Positions 13,633 through 27,375 of a DNA stretch of 64,000 nt are shown in pieces (the first letter of the stretch is position 1; each line of letters begins with the position of its first letter). The position numbers were made by a program, and so were the translations under genes. The notes beneath the pieces are model-generated. The model was not told the origin of the DNA. It ran no database searches and saw only the letters and a list, made by a program, of their open reading frames with translations. The stretch is from positions 29,202,001-29,266,000 of the forward strand of contig OZ024754.1 of NCBI GenBank assembly GCA_964016885.1, read 5' to 3'. Source of the stretch: Eledone cirrhosa (lineage: Eukaryota).

Positions 13633-15680
13633 GGTCTCTGATTGTTTTCCCCATAAATGTATTTATAGGGAGGAGAAAGGGAAAGATATTTCGTTATTTC
13701 GTTATTTCCGTTATAGAAAACGCTATTTTAAAACAATGAATCTTATAAAACGAAATCATTAGATTCAGTTAGTCTATATGTCAAACATGAACAGAATGCA
13801 TCGCCCTAAGGCAGATAGAAGAAGAAAACCTTTATGGATCCTCCATAGATTTAGACGATGAGTATTCATTTATACTTCATGCAGTGTATCTAAAACTGGG
13901 ATGGGAAAGTCTTTTAGTCGTCATTTGTAAAAATATTGTAGAGACGTATCTAAGCCGGGTAAAATAATTAATTTAAAATTTTACAAAAATCATTGTTATA
14001 CAATTTATAGTAAAAGAACAATAATTGTTTTGGTTTAAGGATTAAATCATTTCGTTTTCATAAGAGTTATCAAAAACTTCATTAACGTATGGTTTCATAT
14101 TTGAAAGAACACGATGGATTCACCAATCATGATCTGAATTGAGTCAAACTAGCAGAAGCCACCCATCGCTCTGAATATGACACACAGGGTCGTTGCTGAT
14201 ATTAAGGCCAACTAGGCAGCCACTTACGGTGCATTTAAAAGATCACAGATTTATACAAATTTGTATAATTAAATTGTATACACAGTAATTTCCTGCGATA
14301 AATATATAAATTGCTAAACATCTTTGCCGTGTGGCAGCATTATGGAAATAGCAAAAATAGTGGAGAGTGTCGCATGTTGTTATGGGCTATGCATGGATAA
14401 GTGGGAACTGTGTAGTGTAAAAACAGGTGTTAGTAATTTTTTTAAATGTGGACAGTGCGCGAATTGTCAAACAAACATAGGTTCATCAGCTTATTAAACT
14501 GTCAACAGAAATTAATTTATTAGGGAGAATGGGGCGCATAACTAGGAGATGGGGCGCGCATGATGCCGGCTCCGATGACGCATATGATGGTATTTAACCT
14601 GAGCATTGTAACCTAACAGAAGAGAGTTCTGGATTTTTACAACGTCCATCTGTATCGCCCTACAGTCCACATACATATTTATTGCTCGTTTAACAGAACA
14701 GTTTCAATTTGGTGGCAGAATACAAAGTATAGGTCATTAAGGCCGCAGAATGTCAGATCAATTTGGCTAGCTACAGCTTTTACACTACTAATCTCGAAAG
14801 ATAGAATCAACTTATATATTTCTCCTCGACTTCCTTAGGGAAAATTATTTGAAAGTGAATACCAGCTATGATGAAACTACTAACTATCAATTATTCGGTT
14901 TAATCCGGCACTTGACGCATTATTCCATTATCCAGAAAGTGAACGAATTGTTCATGTTATTGTTTCCAAATATAGAGATCCATTTGATGAAGAACCATCG
15001 CTTAATAAATGCTGATATTTGTAAAACTTTACAACTCAACTATCGTTAGTTTCTACATTATTTAAGTAGCTTTTGACACATTTAGATTCTCACTACTCAG
15101 CTCGTCAAATTACGCCGTCCAATTTCATCACGACGTATTTTATAAATAATTTAATCAGTACATTTTCAAATTACCTCCAGCTATTGTAGTTCATATCAAC
15201 AGAGAAACAAATTACATTACAGTTTGCCTGGTTACAAACACGGAATCATATACACATTACACGCGTCGTGCTTTTGTTCCATTATTTTCTGACTTGTTTA
15301 AGTCATTAGACTGCGGCCATAATGAGGCACTGCAATATTACTCTCGAGACACCAGTACTTTGTAGACTTAACCCCCAGCTACTGGCGTTACTCATTTTTC
15401 CGCTGCGTGAACAAGAGCAAAGTGCAGTGGAGTGAATTGTTCAAGGTGACAATGAGTCATCCGTTCGTAGAATCGAGAAGGAAGCCGTCATAATTATGAG
15501 TTGTAAATCCCTAAATAATATGCCACGCGTCTTCACTTTAGTCTTCACGGAGATAGTGTGAAATACTCATTACGGACGTTAGTAAAATAGCGCGAAACGG
15601 CAATTGCGAACTAAATGTCGTGTTTGGTTCACACAGAATTGGTTACGATAATTACATTAATATAATTATTTAACATATAA

Positions 15681-15741
<61 letters not shown>

Positions 15742-17080
15742 ATATAAATATATATATATATATACACAGTGTGTGAGTGTAGATATGTGTATATTTATCA
15801 AAAATGCCTTTGAAATAACTTTTTTTGAAAGGTTGTTCCAAGCATTCATTTAAAAACTTTCTTTGTACGGAGTGTTTTTCTTTTTCCTTTTGAAATCTGA
15901 GGCTGTGTTCTTGAAACGTTATGCTAAATATTTTTCTAATATTTTTCTAATATTTTTCTAATTTGATTTAAAAATTCCCTCCAAACATTATTTACGGTGA
16001 TCGTCGCATACAATACAGTTGCAGGTGTGTACGCCATCGGTGTAGAAGTTGGCACCTAAAGACAGTGAAGACGTCAAAGTGCCGTCAGCAGTTCAAGCAT
16101 ACAACACCTTACCTACTACAGTAGTAATTCCGACCTAAGAAACAAATTTCATTGACAGGTGGAGAATGAAAAGAACCAACTAGTGGACAACCATGAGTGG
16201 CTAGAAATACCGATGACGTGTACAATTCTTGACCACTCATAGAACGACAACAACAGGATCTAAGCCGACAAGCGAAGTATATCGATGTAAAAGAACATAG
16301 GAAAATCTGCTTCGTAGAATCAAGACGTATCTGAGGACCTTGCGATTTTCAGAGTCAGGTTCGATCATCACATCGATCGTGCCTCGAGCTGGTCGCCAGA
16401 GAAACGATTGTAATATGTCCAATAAATTCCATTCGTCGCAACACTGATTCTCTTTTTTTCTGTGATATATATTGGAAAAGTAACATCATGTCTTTCCCGT
16501 AGTAAAAAATAGCGTAATGGGCTTAAGGCGTTAAAATGGTAGAGTCGTTAGAATGCCAGATAGAATGCTTCCTAGAATTGCTTTCGCCGTCTTTTTCTGG
16601 TCTGAGTTCAAATCCTGCTCAAGTTATCTTTACCTTTCATACTTTCGAGGTGGATAAATAAAGTTCCTGTTCCGTGTTAGGGTCCATTCTTCCCGTGTTT
16701 TTCTTACTATATATTTTTTCTTTCCTTTTCCTCCCTCTCTCACTCTGTTCAGACCCGAAGTGGAATGGACTTTGCGAGATTTAAATATCCAAGACCTATT
16801 TCCTATGGCACTTCAAAGATTCTACCAGAAGTTCTGTGCTCATAGATGGGTGGAATTACATTAATATAGTCATTATAACGTATATCAAATATAGTGCATT
16901 GGTGTCATATTGTCAGGGTGTAAAGGTGAAGAAATATTGGAAATTTAACGTCATGTATTTTACATAGTTATTAGTATATGAAGGCAGGCGTGGCTATGTA
17001 GTCAAGGAGTCTGCTGGTTCCCACATTTGATTCGGTTGGGTGTCGTCTTGGACAACTGTCAGGTTTATCCAAGTATTATG

Positions 17081-17468
17081 AATAATTGTTTCTACTTAGG
17101 GCACAAGGCCAGCAATTACCCAGTGCATTACTGATACTTTATTTTATCGACCCCGTAAGGATGAAAGGCAAAGTTAACCTCAGCAGGATATGAACTCAGA
17201 TTGGAAAGGGCCGTAACTCTATACATCAAAGCATGGCGTCCGACCCTCTACCGATACTGCCAATCCACCACCCTTTAAGATAATTGTTTCTACTATTGGC
17301 ATAAGGCCAGCAATTAACCAGTACATTACTGGTACTTTATTTTATCGACCCCGTAAGGATGAAAGGCAAAGTTAACCTCGGCGGGATTTGAACTCAGAAT
17401 GGCAAGGGCCGTAACTCTATGCTTCAAAGAATGGCGTCCGACCCTCTACCGATACTACCAATTCACCA
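17081..17468 (-). mobile_element. Two tandem full-length SINE S1 copies (17081-17272, 17280-17468)
   Basis: Identity with S1. Confidence 0.85.
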
Positions 17469-17729
17469 TAATGTTGAGTGAAGACAAAAACGCGTTGGAT
17501 GGATTGTACATGTGATTCATAAGTGAAACAATTTTTTTCACACATAATGTGTTAAACTAATTCTGCTTTGGGAATTACACTAACTCTTAACGTCCTGTAT
17601 CACTTGAAACTGCATTTACAAGACCTCTTTGAAGAACACAAAACAGTGTGATAACTGCATTGCATTGAAATTAAAGTCTAATACTGCATGATTTACAATA
17701 CTAGTAAATATAATATAAACATTTGAATG

Positions 17730-18068
17730 CACATGGCTTACTGGTTAGAGCATTGGCCTTGCAATCGAAAGGTTGTGAGTTCAATTCTCAGACCGGGTGA
17801 TGTGTTGTTTCCTTGAGCAAGACACTTTATTTCACATTGCTCCAGTTTACTCAGCTGTAGAAATGAGATGATAGGGACTGAGGTCCCTATCAATCCACTG
17901 TAAAGTGGACGTGTAGGCGCCACGGCAAAAAAGCACCCAGCACTCACTGTAAATGAGGTTGGTGTTAGGAAGGGCATCCAGCTGTAGAAATCAAGCCAGA
18001 ATCAGTTCCCGTCCCACCCTTGCAAGCAGGGAAAAGTGGACGTAAAATGATGATGATGATGATGATGA
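17730..18068 (+). mobile_element. tRNA-derived SINE family S2 with (ATG)n tail
   Basis: Box A TGGCTTACTGGTTAGAGC, box B GAGTTCAATTC, ccttgagcaagacacttt core, 3' gggcatccagctgtagaaa..ggacgtaaaa(tga)n; diverged relatives at about 15370-15535, 24230-24540 and 37260-37760. Confidence 0.75.
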
Positions 18069-18407
18069 ATCAACAGATCCCATTTTTAAACACGTTTTTG
18101 CAAAATCGTTGCAAGGAGGTAACGCTGCACGTGTCTTTGGAATATACTCAACCAAATAACATGTTAATACAAGAGGGATTGTACTTACATGTCAAAGGTC
18201 CAGCCTTGCTATAGATATTGTGTCCTGCTGATTCTAATTGGGAATTACAGTAATAGTACACGTGTTTGTGGAATACTCAACCACTTACGCATTCATTTAG
18301 GGAGTTAGACGTTCCGTTGATCGAACAACAATGCTCATCGTCTAAACAGACGGAGGATATCCAACACACCGTCAATAGGGTTAGTAGTGGTGATGTTGAA
18401 TGTATTG

Positions 18408-18518
18408 ATGATGATGATGATGATTATGAAGCGGATGACAATGGCGATGATGATGACTATGAGAATGATGACGATGATGATAACGATGATGACGATGGCG
18501 ATGACGATGATGATGATG

Positions 18519-18560
<42 letters not shown>

Positions 18561-18970
18561 GTGATGATGGCGATGACGATTATGATGATAATGATAATGA
18601 TGATGATGATGATGGTGATGAGGATGAGGGTAACGACGACAATAATAATTGTTTCTACTTTAGGCACAAGGCCAGCAATTACCTCAGTACATTACTGGTA
18701 CTTTATTTTATCGACCCCGTAAGGATGAAAGGCAAAGTGAACCTCGGCGGGATTTGAACTCAGACCGTAAAGGGACGTAACTCTATGCTAGAAAGCATGG
18801 CATCCAACCCTCTACCGATACTGCCAATGACAATAATAATGATGAGGAGGATGAGGATGGCGATGATGATGATGATGATGATGATTATTATTATTATTAT
18901 TATGAGGATGATGATGATGATGATGATAATGATGATGATGATGATAACGATGATAATGATATTGATGATA
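18408..18970. repeat. (GAT)n trinucleotide array interrupted by a SINE S1 (18645-18828, minus)
   Basis: Direct reading. Confidence 0.9.
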
Positions 18971-19235
18971 ACTGTTTCTAATGAAATAATTTGAGACTAA
19001 TATATATATAAGGGACAGAAGTAATTATAATGGAAATTGGCAACACGTGGCATTGATTAGCTTTAACAACAATTATGAAATATAACTAATTATTGGCCAT
19101 AAGTATTGATCATAGCACTACAATGTCAACATTCTATTCTGTAAGGATATTGGATCTTTTCCATAGCTGGTCTGATGATAAGAGTGGTGGAAATAGTTGC
19201 GTATTTCCTTCTGGTTGTTTAAATGATATAAATAT

Positions 19236-19278
19236 CTTCCGATGAGGAACCCAACTAGTTTCGAAAATCGATAAAAGT
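19236..19278 (+). ncRNA. Degenerate minimal hammerhead-like motif
   Basis: tt CCGATGA ggaac ccaacta gtttc GAAA atcgat a aa; U4C change and weak stem I. Confidence 0.4.
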
Positions 19279-19517
19279 TATAATTTGTTTTTCAGTTTAC
19301 AAGGAAATACGTATATTCCGTATGTTTGCGTGTCTATATTCTGAAAATGTGAAACTTTATATACATATTTATGCAGTTTCTGTTAACTTTATTCTGGTAT
19401 ATATAAAGACATAAGTTTGTCATATAATGCAGCTGCTTAAATATATATATAACAACAAACATCGTGAATACGTAGTTGTTCTACCGGATATTTTGGAAGC
19501 GCTGAGGGATAAAGATA

Positions 19518-19682
19518 ATAATTTTTTCTACTATTAGCACAAGGCCAGTACATTATTGGTACTTTATTTTATCAACCCCGTAAGGATGAAAGGCAAAGAT
19601 AACCTCGGCGGGATTTGAACTCAGACCGTAAAGGGACATAACTATGCTGGAAAGCATAGCGTCCGACTCTCTGCCGATACTG
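19518..19682 (-). mobile_element. SINE S1
   Basis: Identity with S1. Confidence 0.8.
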
Positions 19683-19777
19683 AATAATATATAGAAGGAT
19701 GTGCTCATTTCACTGAAATACTATGAAATGGCTTATAAAATAGGCTGAAGACTCTTAAAGACGAAAAAAGAAGTTGG

Positions 19778-20016
19778 CATGTTCTCTCTTTTACCTTCTT
19801 ATTAATATATACCTTAACTCTATTATAAACTCTATTATACACTTCTAATCATATTTCCTGTAGCATGAGAAGCCTACACAATTTTGGCTGAAACCGGTAT
19901 AATAAATTCCTTCTTTTAAATAAATGTTTTGCTTTTATTCTGAGAAAATCCCATTAGCATTTTCGAGTGTTTTTCTTATTTTCCTAATATATATCAACTC
20001 GTGTGTTACTTCTCAA
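19778..20016 (+). mobile_element. HHR family H (degenerate core); second copy at 39885-40102
   Basis: agcc..ggct GAAA ccgg TA here; ATGAAGA agcc..ggct GAAA at 39960; flanks align between the copies. Confidence 0.55.
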
Positions 20017-20028
20017 CACACACACACA

Positions 20029-20126
<98 letters not shown>

Positions 20127-20140
20127 CTATACATACATAC

Positions 20141-20270
20141 GATGATTTCTCACGAATGAAACAGTTGTAGTCCTGTAGAAGCTTCTCTATATTAAAACGT
20201 TTATGTTCTGCTATGTATTGAGTACCTTACTTACTGTGGTTACCCCCGATTCAACCCGGAATAACTTATA
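20141..20270 (+). mobile_element. HHR family A copy, truncated within the core
   Basis: GATGA tttctcacgaat GAAA cag..ctg TA gaagc followed by the family 3' end and (TA)n. Confidence 0.8.
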
Positions 20271-20279
20271 TATATATAT

Positions 20280-20762
20280 TTTTCTCTTTCTCTTAATTTC
20301 GAGTATATTTTTTTTTGACCGGCCACCTTCCTGGTGGCAAGGTTGTAAAAGAAAAGAAATTGTCATCCCTTGAATCGCAAGAATGTTTTGCATATTTTGA
20401 AGGTGCCAGCTATCGCAGCCATTTGTAGACTATGAATTAGGGAGCTGCGCTTTTTGTCCACAAATCCAAGTTCAGTCATACTTTGGTCCAAGCGGGTTGG
20501 TATATAACCCGTAACTCCAATAATGATGGGTATGAAGCTAAAGGTGTATCTTGGATACTGGATTTGTAAACTCCTCATCAATGGTCCGTAGATGTCCTCC
20601 TTCTCCTGTATTTTTCTGACAACGTTTACATCAAGTGGGCAGCTGATCTCCACAACAGAACACGTTTTCAATGTGTGGTCCCAAACTACAATATCAGGCC
20701 GGTTGTGCTTTAATTTGGTGGCAGTTTTTATTTTCAGGTTCCACCAGTATTCCTTAGTGCCA
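20280..20762 (-). pseudogene. R4/Dong-type non-LTR retrotransposon 3' fragment (restriction-like endonuclease)
   Basis: HNRPDIVVWD..SVVEISCPLDVNVVRKIQEKEDIY..IPIIIGVTG; PD-(D/E)xK RLE motif; ORF 20363-20671. Confidence 0.8.
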
Positions 20763-22254
20763 TGTATGTATGTATGTATGTATGTATGTATTTATATATG
20801 TATATATGCCCTTTATCCCTATAATTAGCTGTGGATCATGTACGATCTCCTCAAGTTTATCCTTACGACGATCTCTAAATGTATGTATGTGTGTGGATAA
20901 TGTGTGACTGAAGTGTTAATCTTGGCATTCAAATGTTTTCTCTTTCCTGCTATATTGATAGTAGCTTTAATTCCAACACCAATGCGTTCGATATTCCAAA
21001 AATATTGCCCGTCAACTTCATAAAAATGCAGAAAATCCTTCTTCGATAGATTATCATGTCTCTAGCTAAACGTAAACAGTATTTGCTTATATGCAATCTG
21101 CTTCAACCAGTTGCATTAATTTAGAAGGAGCTATTCATCAGAAACTTATATTGTTCACGAAAAATTGACACCATACAATATTTTTTTCGTTAACCTTTGT
21201 GTTCAGATTTCTTTTCATGACTCTAATACATCGCTACTTAATAATTTTCTCACACCCTATAATGTCTTTCTTTCCTATACAACTATACAAAAAGACATTT
21301 TTTTTGTCTGCATTCATACATTATTTATTAACTTCTCTCCATATATTCATGCATTCTAACTTTCTTTTTATCATTTTTTTAAAAGCCGTTTGTTCTATTA
21401 CACCTTATCCTCTGTCATTCTATCATTCTATAATTCTACCATCATTTATTTCCTTTTCTCCATTCCATTATATTAAGAGCATGTTCAAAACTTTGTATCA
21501 CTTTTTTTTAAAACTCAAAGCCACCTATCGCAAGCCACTCTTTTGAATCCAATCATGTACCACCATTTGTTGTACATGTCAGTTACATGAACACTGACCT
21601 CATCATCTTATTCAGGTCTTCTTCATTTATTAAATATCATATTTTCCTAAGAAATGTTCTCAGGTTCTTACAGTTTGCTTATGATTTGATTTTTTCGTTT
21701 ACTTTAAAGTAGTCAATTTGAATAGCACGAAATATATTTGTATAATCACTGATTCCCTCAAAGAACAGTGGTAACTGTTTTTCTTCTACCATTTTTTCTG
21801 TTTCCTATATGTGTATATATAATCCTATTTTTACGCTATATATTCGTGGGTATGTAGCATATTAATTTATACAATGGTTGATGGTGAGCATGATTAAAGT
21901 GCCTTGCAATATGTGTTCTTTCATCGATATATTCTTTGATCTCAAATCAAGACGGAGCAGAATGACTAGACCTTTCATTCTTCCGGCGCAGATTAGATTA
22001 AGTATGAATAATATTCAGTGAATATTGTTGTGGACGTTATAATCCTTGCTTCCAAATATATATATATTTTCCAAAAGAGGGCCCGAAAAGGATCACAGTA
22101 GAAAATAGTACTCAGTACATTAAGTAGAGAATGTAAATGATTTATTTCTTATAGAAATTACTTCTACATGACCAGAAATCTTTTATTCGTTTGAAACCAA
22201 AACGAAAAACCTTCTTTATTATTTCAAGCAAAGGAATCAGTTCTAGACATGTAG

Positions 22255-22370
<116 letters not shown>

Positions 22371-22496
22371 TTTGTGTGTGTGTATCTGTGTGTATGTATG
22401 AGTGTGTATGTGTGTGCATATATGTATATATATTATATATATACATATATATCTATATAAATATATACACACACGCACACACACACACACACACAT

Positions 22497-22537
<41 letters not shown>

Positions 22538-22980
22538 AGAGTTAATTTAAAAAAACAACATTATGCAGTTCATCTTTGAGCAAATAATTTTTACTCCGCA
22601 TCGGGTGTCAAAATTACTAACATCAGCTCAACGTCAATATATCAAAAGGAGCGTTTCTTTAATAATTACAGCAATAAAAACATCATAGACGACCGAAAAC
22701 ATCCTACTGGGAATTCAAATACATTATTACGACTCACACTCCATACATGAAATGTCTGGAAGCAACGAGTTTGTAACAAAAGAAAATGTAAGACATATGA
22801 AATATTGCTATTTAGTATCAATGGCTGAAGCAATAAAACCCAAATAATGAGAAATGGAATCAAAGCTTTATAGATTTTTGTATTTATATTTCGTAAATAT
22901 GTTTTAAAGAGAAGATAACTCTGGACGTTTCATTTCCACATACCGATATATATATATATATATATGTGTGTGTGTAATAT

Positions 22981-23032
<52 letters not shown>

Positions 23033-24922
23033 GGAATAACAAGTTATCGTTATAGGTAATCCAGTTAGAGGTTGTGAGTACTCTGTGTCGTGGATAGTTT
23101 TAACGTACGGCTTTGTTTAACTCAACAAGATGTTTCCATAGTTATGCAGCGAGTTCGCGGTAATTCCTATGTAGGTTATACTTGGAGTAATAATAGTGAA
23201 AGAATGAAGAGTAACATGGTTGGCTGTACAATAAGGGGCTTTATTTCAAGTACTGACAATTGTTTCATTGATCAGGTGAGTCTAGAGTTCGCTAATCGCT
23301 TGAAGTTGCGTCACTCGATCTCCAATACATTATTTACCACTGATCAACACATCATTTATTATATATATCATATTTGCAACAACACAGCTCGCCATTTTTC
23401 ATTCATATATGCTTTCCCCTTCGCTTTGACCTGTCTTTTTCTCTTCCCTTACTGCTATCCTCTTTCTCTCTCCCCCTTCTCTCTCCTTCTCCCTCTTACT
23501 TTCACTCACCCCCTCTGCTAGTCACTTCTCTCGGCTAGCCTCTTCACTCACTTACTCTCTGCTACTCACCCTCTCTCTCACGTCCTCCATTGTCCCACAC
23601 CGTACGAGATTCTTTCCTCGCTCACACCCGCACGGCCAAGATGTGTCTTTGCCTTCTCGTCAATATTCGCAAGTTCTTATGTTCAAAATGAATTATTGAC
23701 TTGATTTTCTCATTTTTTCCTGTCTTTACGTTGCCTCACCATTCGTGTTTGTTTACCTGTCTCTCTTTCTCCACCCAACTCTTTTTATCCCAATAACTTA
23801 ATTTAGTTATTGGATCGCCCTAGCCGGAGGTATATGGTCTGTAATGCGAAGAAATTCCTATGATGGCTAGTAGACCACTGATGACGGATATTCCTGGCTT
23901 TTATTTCTAATTCTTAATTTATTATATATATATCATATTTGCAACAACACAGCTCACCATTTTTCATTTATATATATACAAAAGCACAAGTAAATACACA
24001 TGTACACATATAATAATCAATACGAAGAATACACAGATCGAATAACACTATCAGATTTTGATTAGTAAGATCCAGGGAAAGATAAATATATTAATATTGA
24101 AGATAAATCCGTAGCAATCAGAAATACAATTATAATGTATAGGAGAGGAAATAGATTTTTGACAATTTATACATAAGGAACTTTATCACAATTTACTAAA
24201 AAGAATTAGATGGGCGTAGAAAATGTTGGACCTCCGTCGTTAACAATGACGAGTATTGCAGTTATATGGTCAATGAAACAGTTAGTGAAATTAACGTACA
24301 AATGACTGAGCATTTCACAGACGCGTGTGCCATTACAGTAGTTCTCAATAAGATACAGCACGACAAAAGTGTGACATGGTTGCTTCTCTGAATTACAGGT
24401 ACAATTCATGCCAGCTAAGTGCAGTGGAGCAACGTGGAATGAAGTGACTAGCTCAAGGAAGCAACACGGCACCGAGAATTGAAATGATGACTTCATGATC
24501 ACGAACCGATCTCACTAACCATTAAGCTACGAGCCTTCACAGGGTGTAAACAAAATCAGTGATACTTTCCTAGACCTGGATTATACACGATGTCAACTAG
24601 TTTCAACATTCTATGGGACCTTAACTCCTGGTGGAGTTACAGCATGTCTCGGGCATTTAAAACCAGTGACGCCCATTCGTTTCCAGATCTGAACACAGCC
24701 AATTCTTAAAGAGAAATATATAGAGAGAAAGATATATATATATTACACCACCTTCTTCTCACTCGTCTTTTTTCACTCCCACCCTTCAACATGCCCAATC
24801 TCAAAACTTTTCTTCACCAACTCCATTCCACTCTCAAACGCTTCCTCCAACATCTCCCCCTATCTAAAGACATTTTTTCCCAATTCCAACCGTCCCTTCA
24901 ATCTATCTTATTTCTCATTCAT

Positions 24923-24958
24923 TCTTCTGATGAGGGACTAGCGTCCTAAACGTTAGGC
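24923..24958 (+). ncRNA. Minimal hammerhead (family C) with G12 mutated
   Basis: tctt CTGATGA g ggac tagc gtcc TAAA cg TT agg; element spans about 24740-25045. Confidence 0.5.
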
Positions 24959-25049
24959 CCTCTTATGCTATTTCAAGCGTTAACCTAATATATTCCTTTC
25001 ATATACTGTACCGATTGTGTTGTTATTTCTGTTTTCCTTTTACATATAC

Positions 25050-25219
<170 letters not shown>

Positions 25220-25250
25220 ATAAATATATATAAATATATATATAGCTATT

Positions 25251-25322
25251 GCCTCGTCTGACGAACGAATGAAGTCGTTTATTTCGTATTCGCCTCATTC
25301 GGGAAACCTCTGGTAATGAGGT
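25251..25322 (+). ncRNA. Type I hammerhead ribozyme (family L), in a ~185-bp element within (TA)n
   Basis: gcctcgt CTGACGA a cgaatga..tcattcg g GAAA cc tct gg TA atgaggt; 7-bp stem I, 7-bp stem II, GUA site. Confidence 0.8.
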
Positions 25323-25429
25323 AATTATATTGTATTGATTTTTATACATTAATTTTGCTCTGATACTTACATAGAGCACTCTTCATTTCTATGACCTTTT
25401 CTGTTTCCAACGGAAATTTCAATACTTAT

Positions 25430-25975
<546 letters not shown>

Positions 25976-26064
25976 GAACAAGTGATCAGGAAGAGGAATG
26001 GACCCCAGTATTTTAATGGTACTCTATCAACATCGGAGGGATAAAGGCAAAGTCACCTTCGGTG

Positions 26065-26370
26065 TCTTTCTACGCGACCGAATTAGAGACCAAATCTGGC
26101 AATGTAGTCTACAATGGTTTGGCCACGTCTGCAAGATGAGCCCCGGAATACTAACACACCAAGTTTTGTCACCAGAGCGACCCATGCACTAGAGAATCCA
26201 GCGCGGCGCACAGAAGAAGACATGGGCGAAACAAATCGAGGGGGACTTGAAATCACAGTGCCTCGACCTCAACCATGCTAAGGTTAGCGCTATGGATGGA
26301 ACAGTGTAGAAGAACATCGTCATAAGAGTTCATCATCCAGCGGCACCCACAGCATAGGAAAATCTATAAA
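26065..26370 (+). pseudogene. RTE-type LINE 3' fragment
   Basis: LQWFGHVCKM..RGAQKKTWAKQIEGDL; RTE C-terminal motif with stops. Confidence 0.65.
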
Positions 26371-27062
26371 GAAAGATGTCCTTCTGAATGTTTACTTACG
26401 GATAACGCAGAAGACTGACTATCGTTATAATAAACGCACTATAGAAACGTTGTTGATACAATGTAATTTAGTATTTAAAAAAAAAGACAGATTTTAGCAT
26501 AAGGATATTTCGTAATGATCAATAGATCAGTTGCTGGGAGATGAAAAGACCTAGGAAATACTTGGCATTATAAATAGTCGATATTGTACTAGATTCATTG
26601 ATATTAAAGAGCCTTTAAGTTAACAAATCATGCACTATAATTTCAGATCCATGAATAAAATGAACAAATCAACAAAGCAACTTCTCTGTGATGTGCTTAT
26701 AATATTAGAGGCAGACAACTTCAGAGAGAAAGTTGATTTTCATCTATATTATTTAGATTATTTATTACACTGAGCATTTCTTTCAAATAATAGACAACAA
26801 TATCATTCGCCAAGCGACAGATTTAAACTAACCATTCTTATAGAAATTAAATTCCTATAAGAACCGGATCTGAAAGATCTGGTTATTGTAGAATACAGTT
26901 AATAGTTAAGAAACATGGAAAAGAAATCGTAGTAACGACAATTTATTTCCATTGATTTGGTAATGATTGAAATCAGCGCAAACAAAAGGATGAATTACAA
27001 GGAAATGTATTCGTTTTGTTTATTTATTCTTTCAATTTATTACCTCATTGTACAACTATTAT

Positions 27063-27375
27063 ATAATTGTTTCTACTTTTGGCACAAGGCCACAATTTCC
27101 CAGTACTACTGGTACTTTATTTTATCGACCCCGTAAGGATGAAAGGCAAAGTTTACCTCGGCGGAATTTGAACTCAGAATGGCAAAGGTCGTAACTCTAT
27201 GCATCAAAGCATGGCGTCCAACCCTCTACCGATACTGCCAATCCACCGCCCTATATATTTATAATTGTTTCTACTTTTGGCACAAGGCCAGTAATTACCC
27301 AGTGCATTACTGGTACTTTATTTTATCGACCCCGTAAGGATGAAAGGCAAAGTTAACCTCGGCTGGATTTGAACT
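27063..27375 (-). mobile_element. SINE S1 full copy (27063-27252) plus truncated copy (27261-27375)
   Basis: Identity with S1. Confidence 0.85.

Noticed and set aside
18266-18994. Poly-Asp / poly-Met ORFs
   Set aside because: A (GAT)n array running into a SINE, not an acidic protein exon
19745-19770. CTGAAGA..GAAA spacing
   Set aside because: Stems I, II and III do not pair convincingly
23876-23900. CTGATGA motif (also at 19172 and 52723)
   Set aside because: No properly placed GAAA with all three stems pairing
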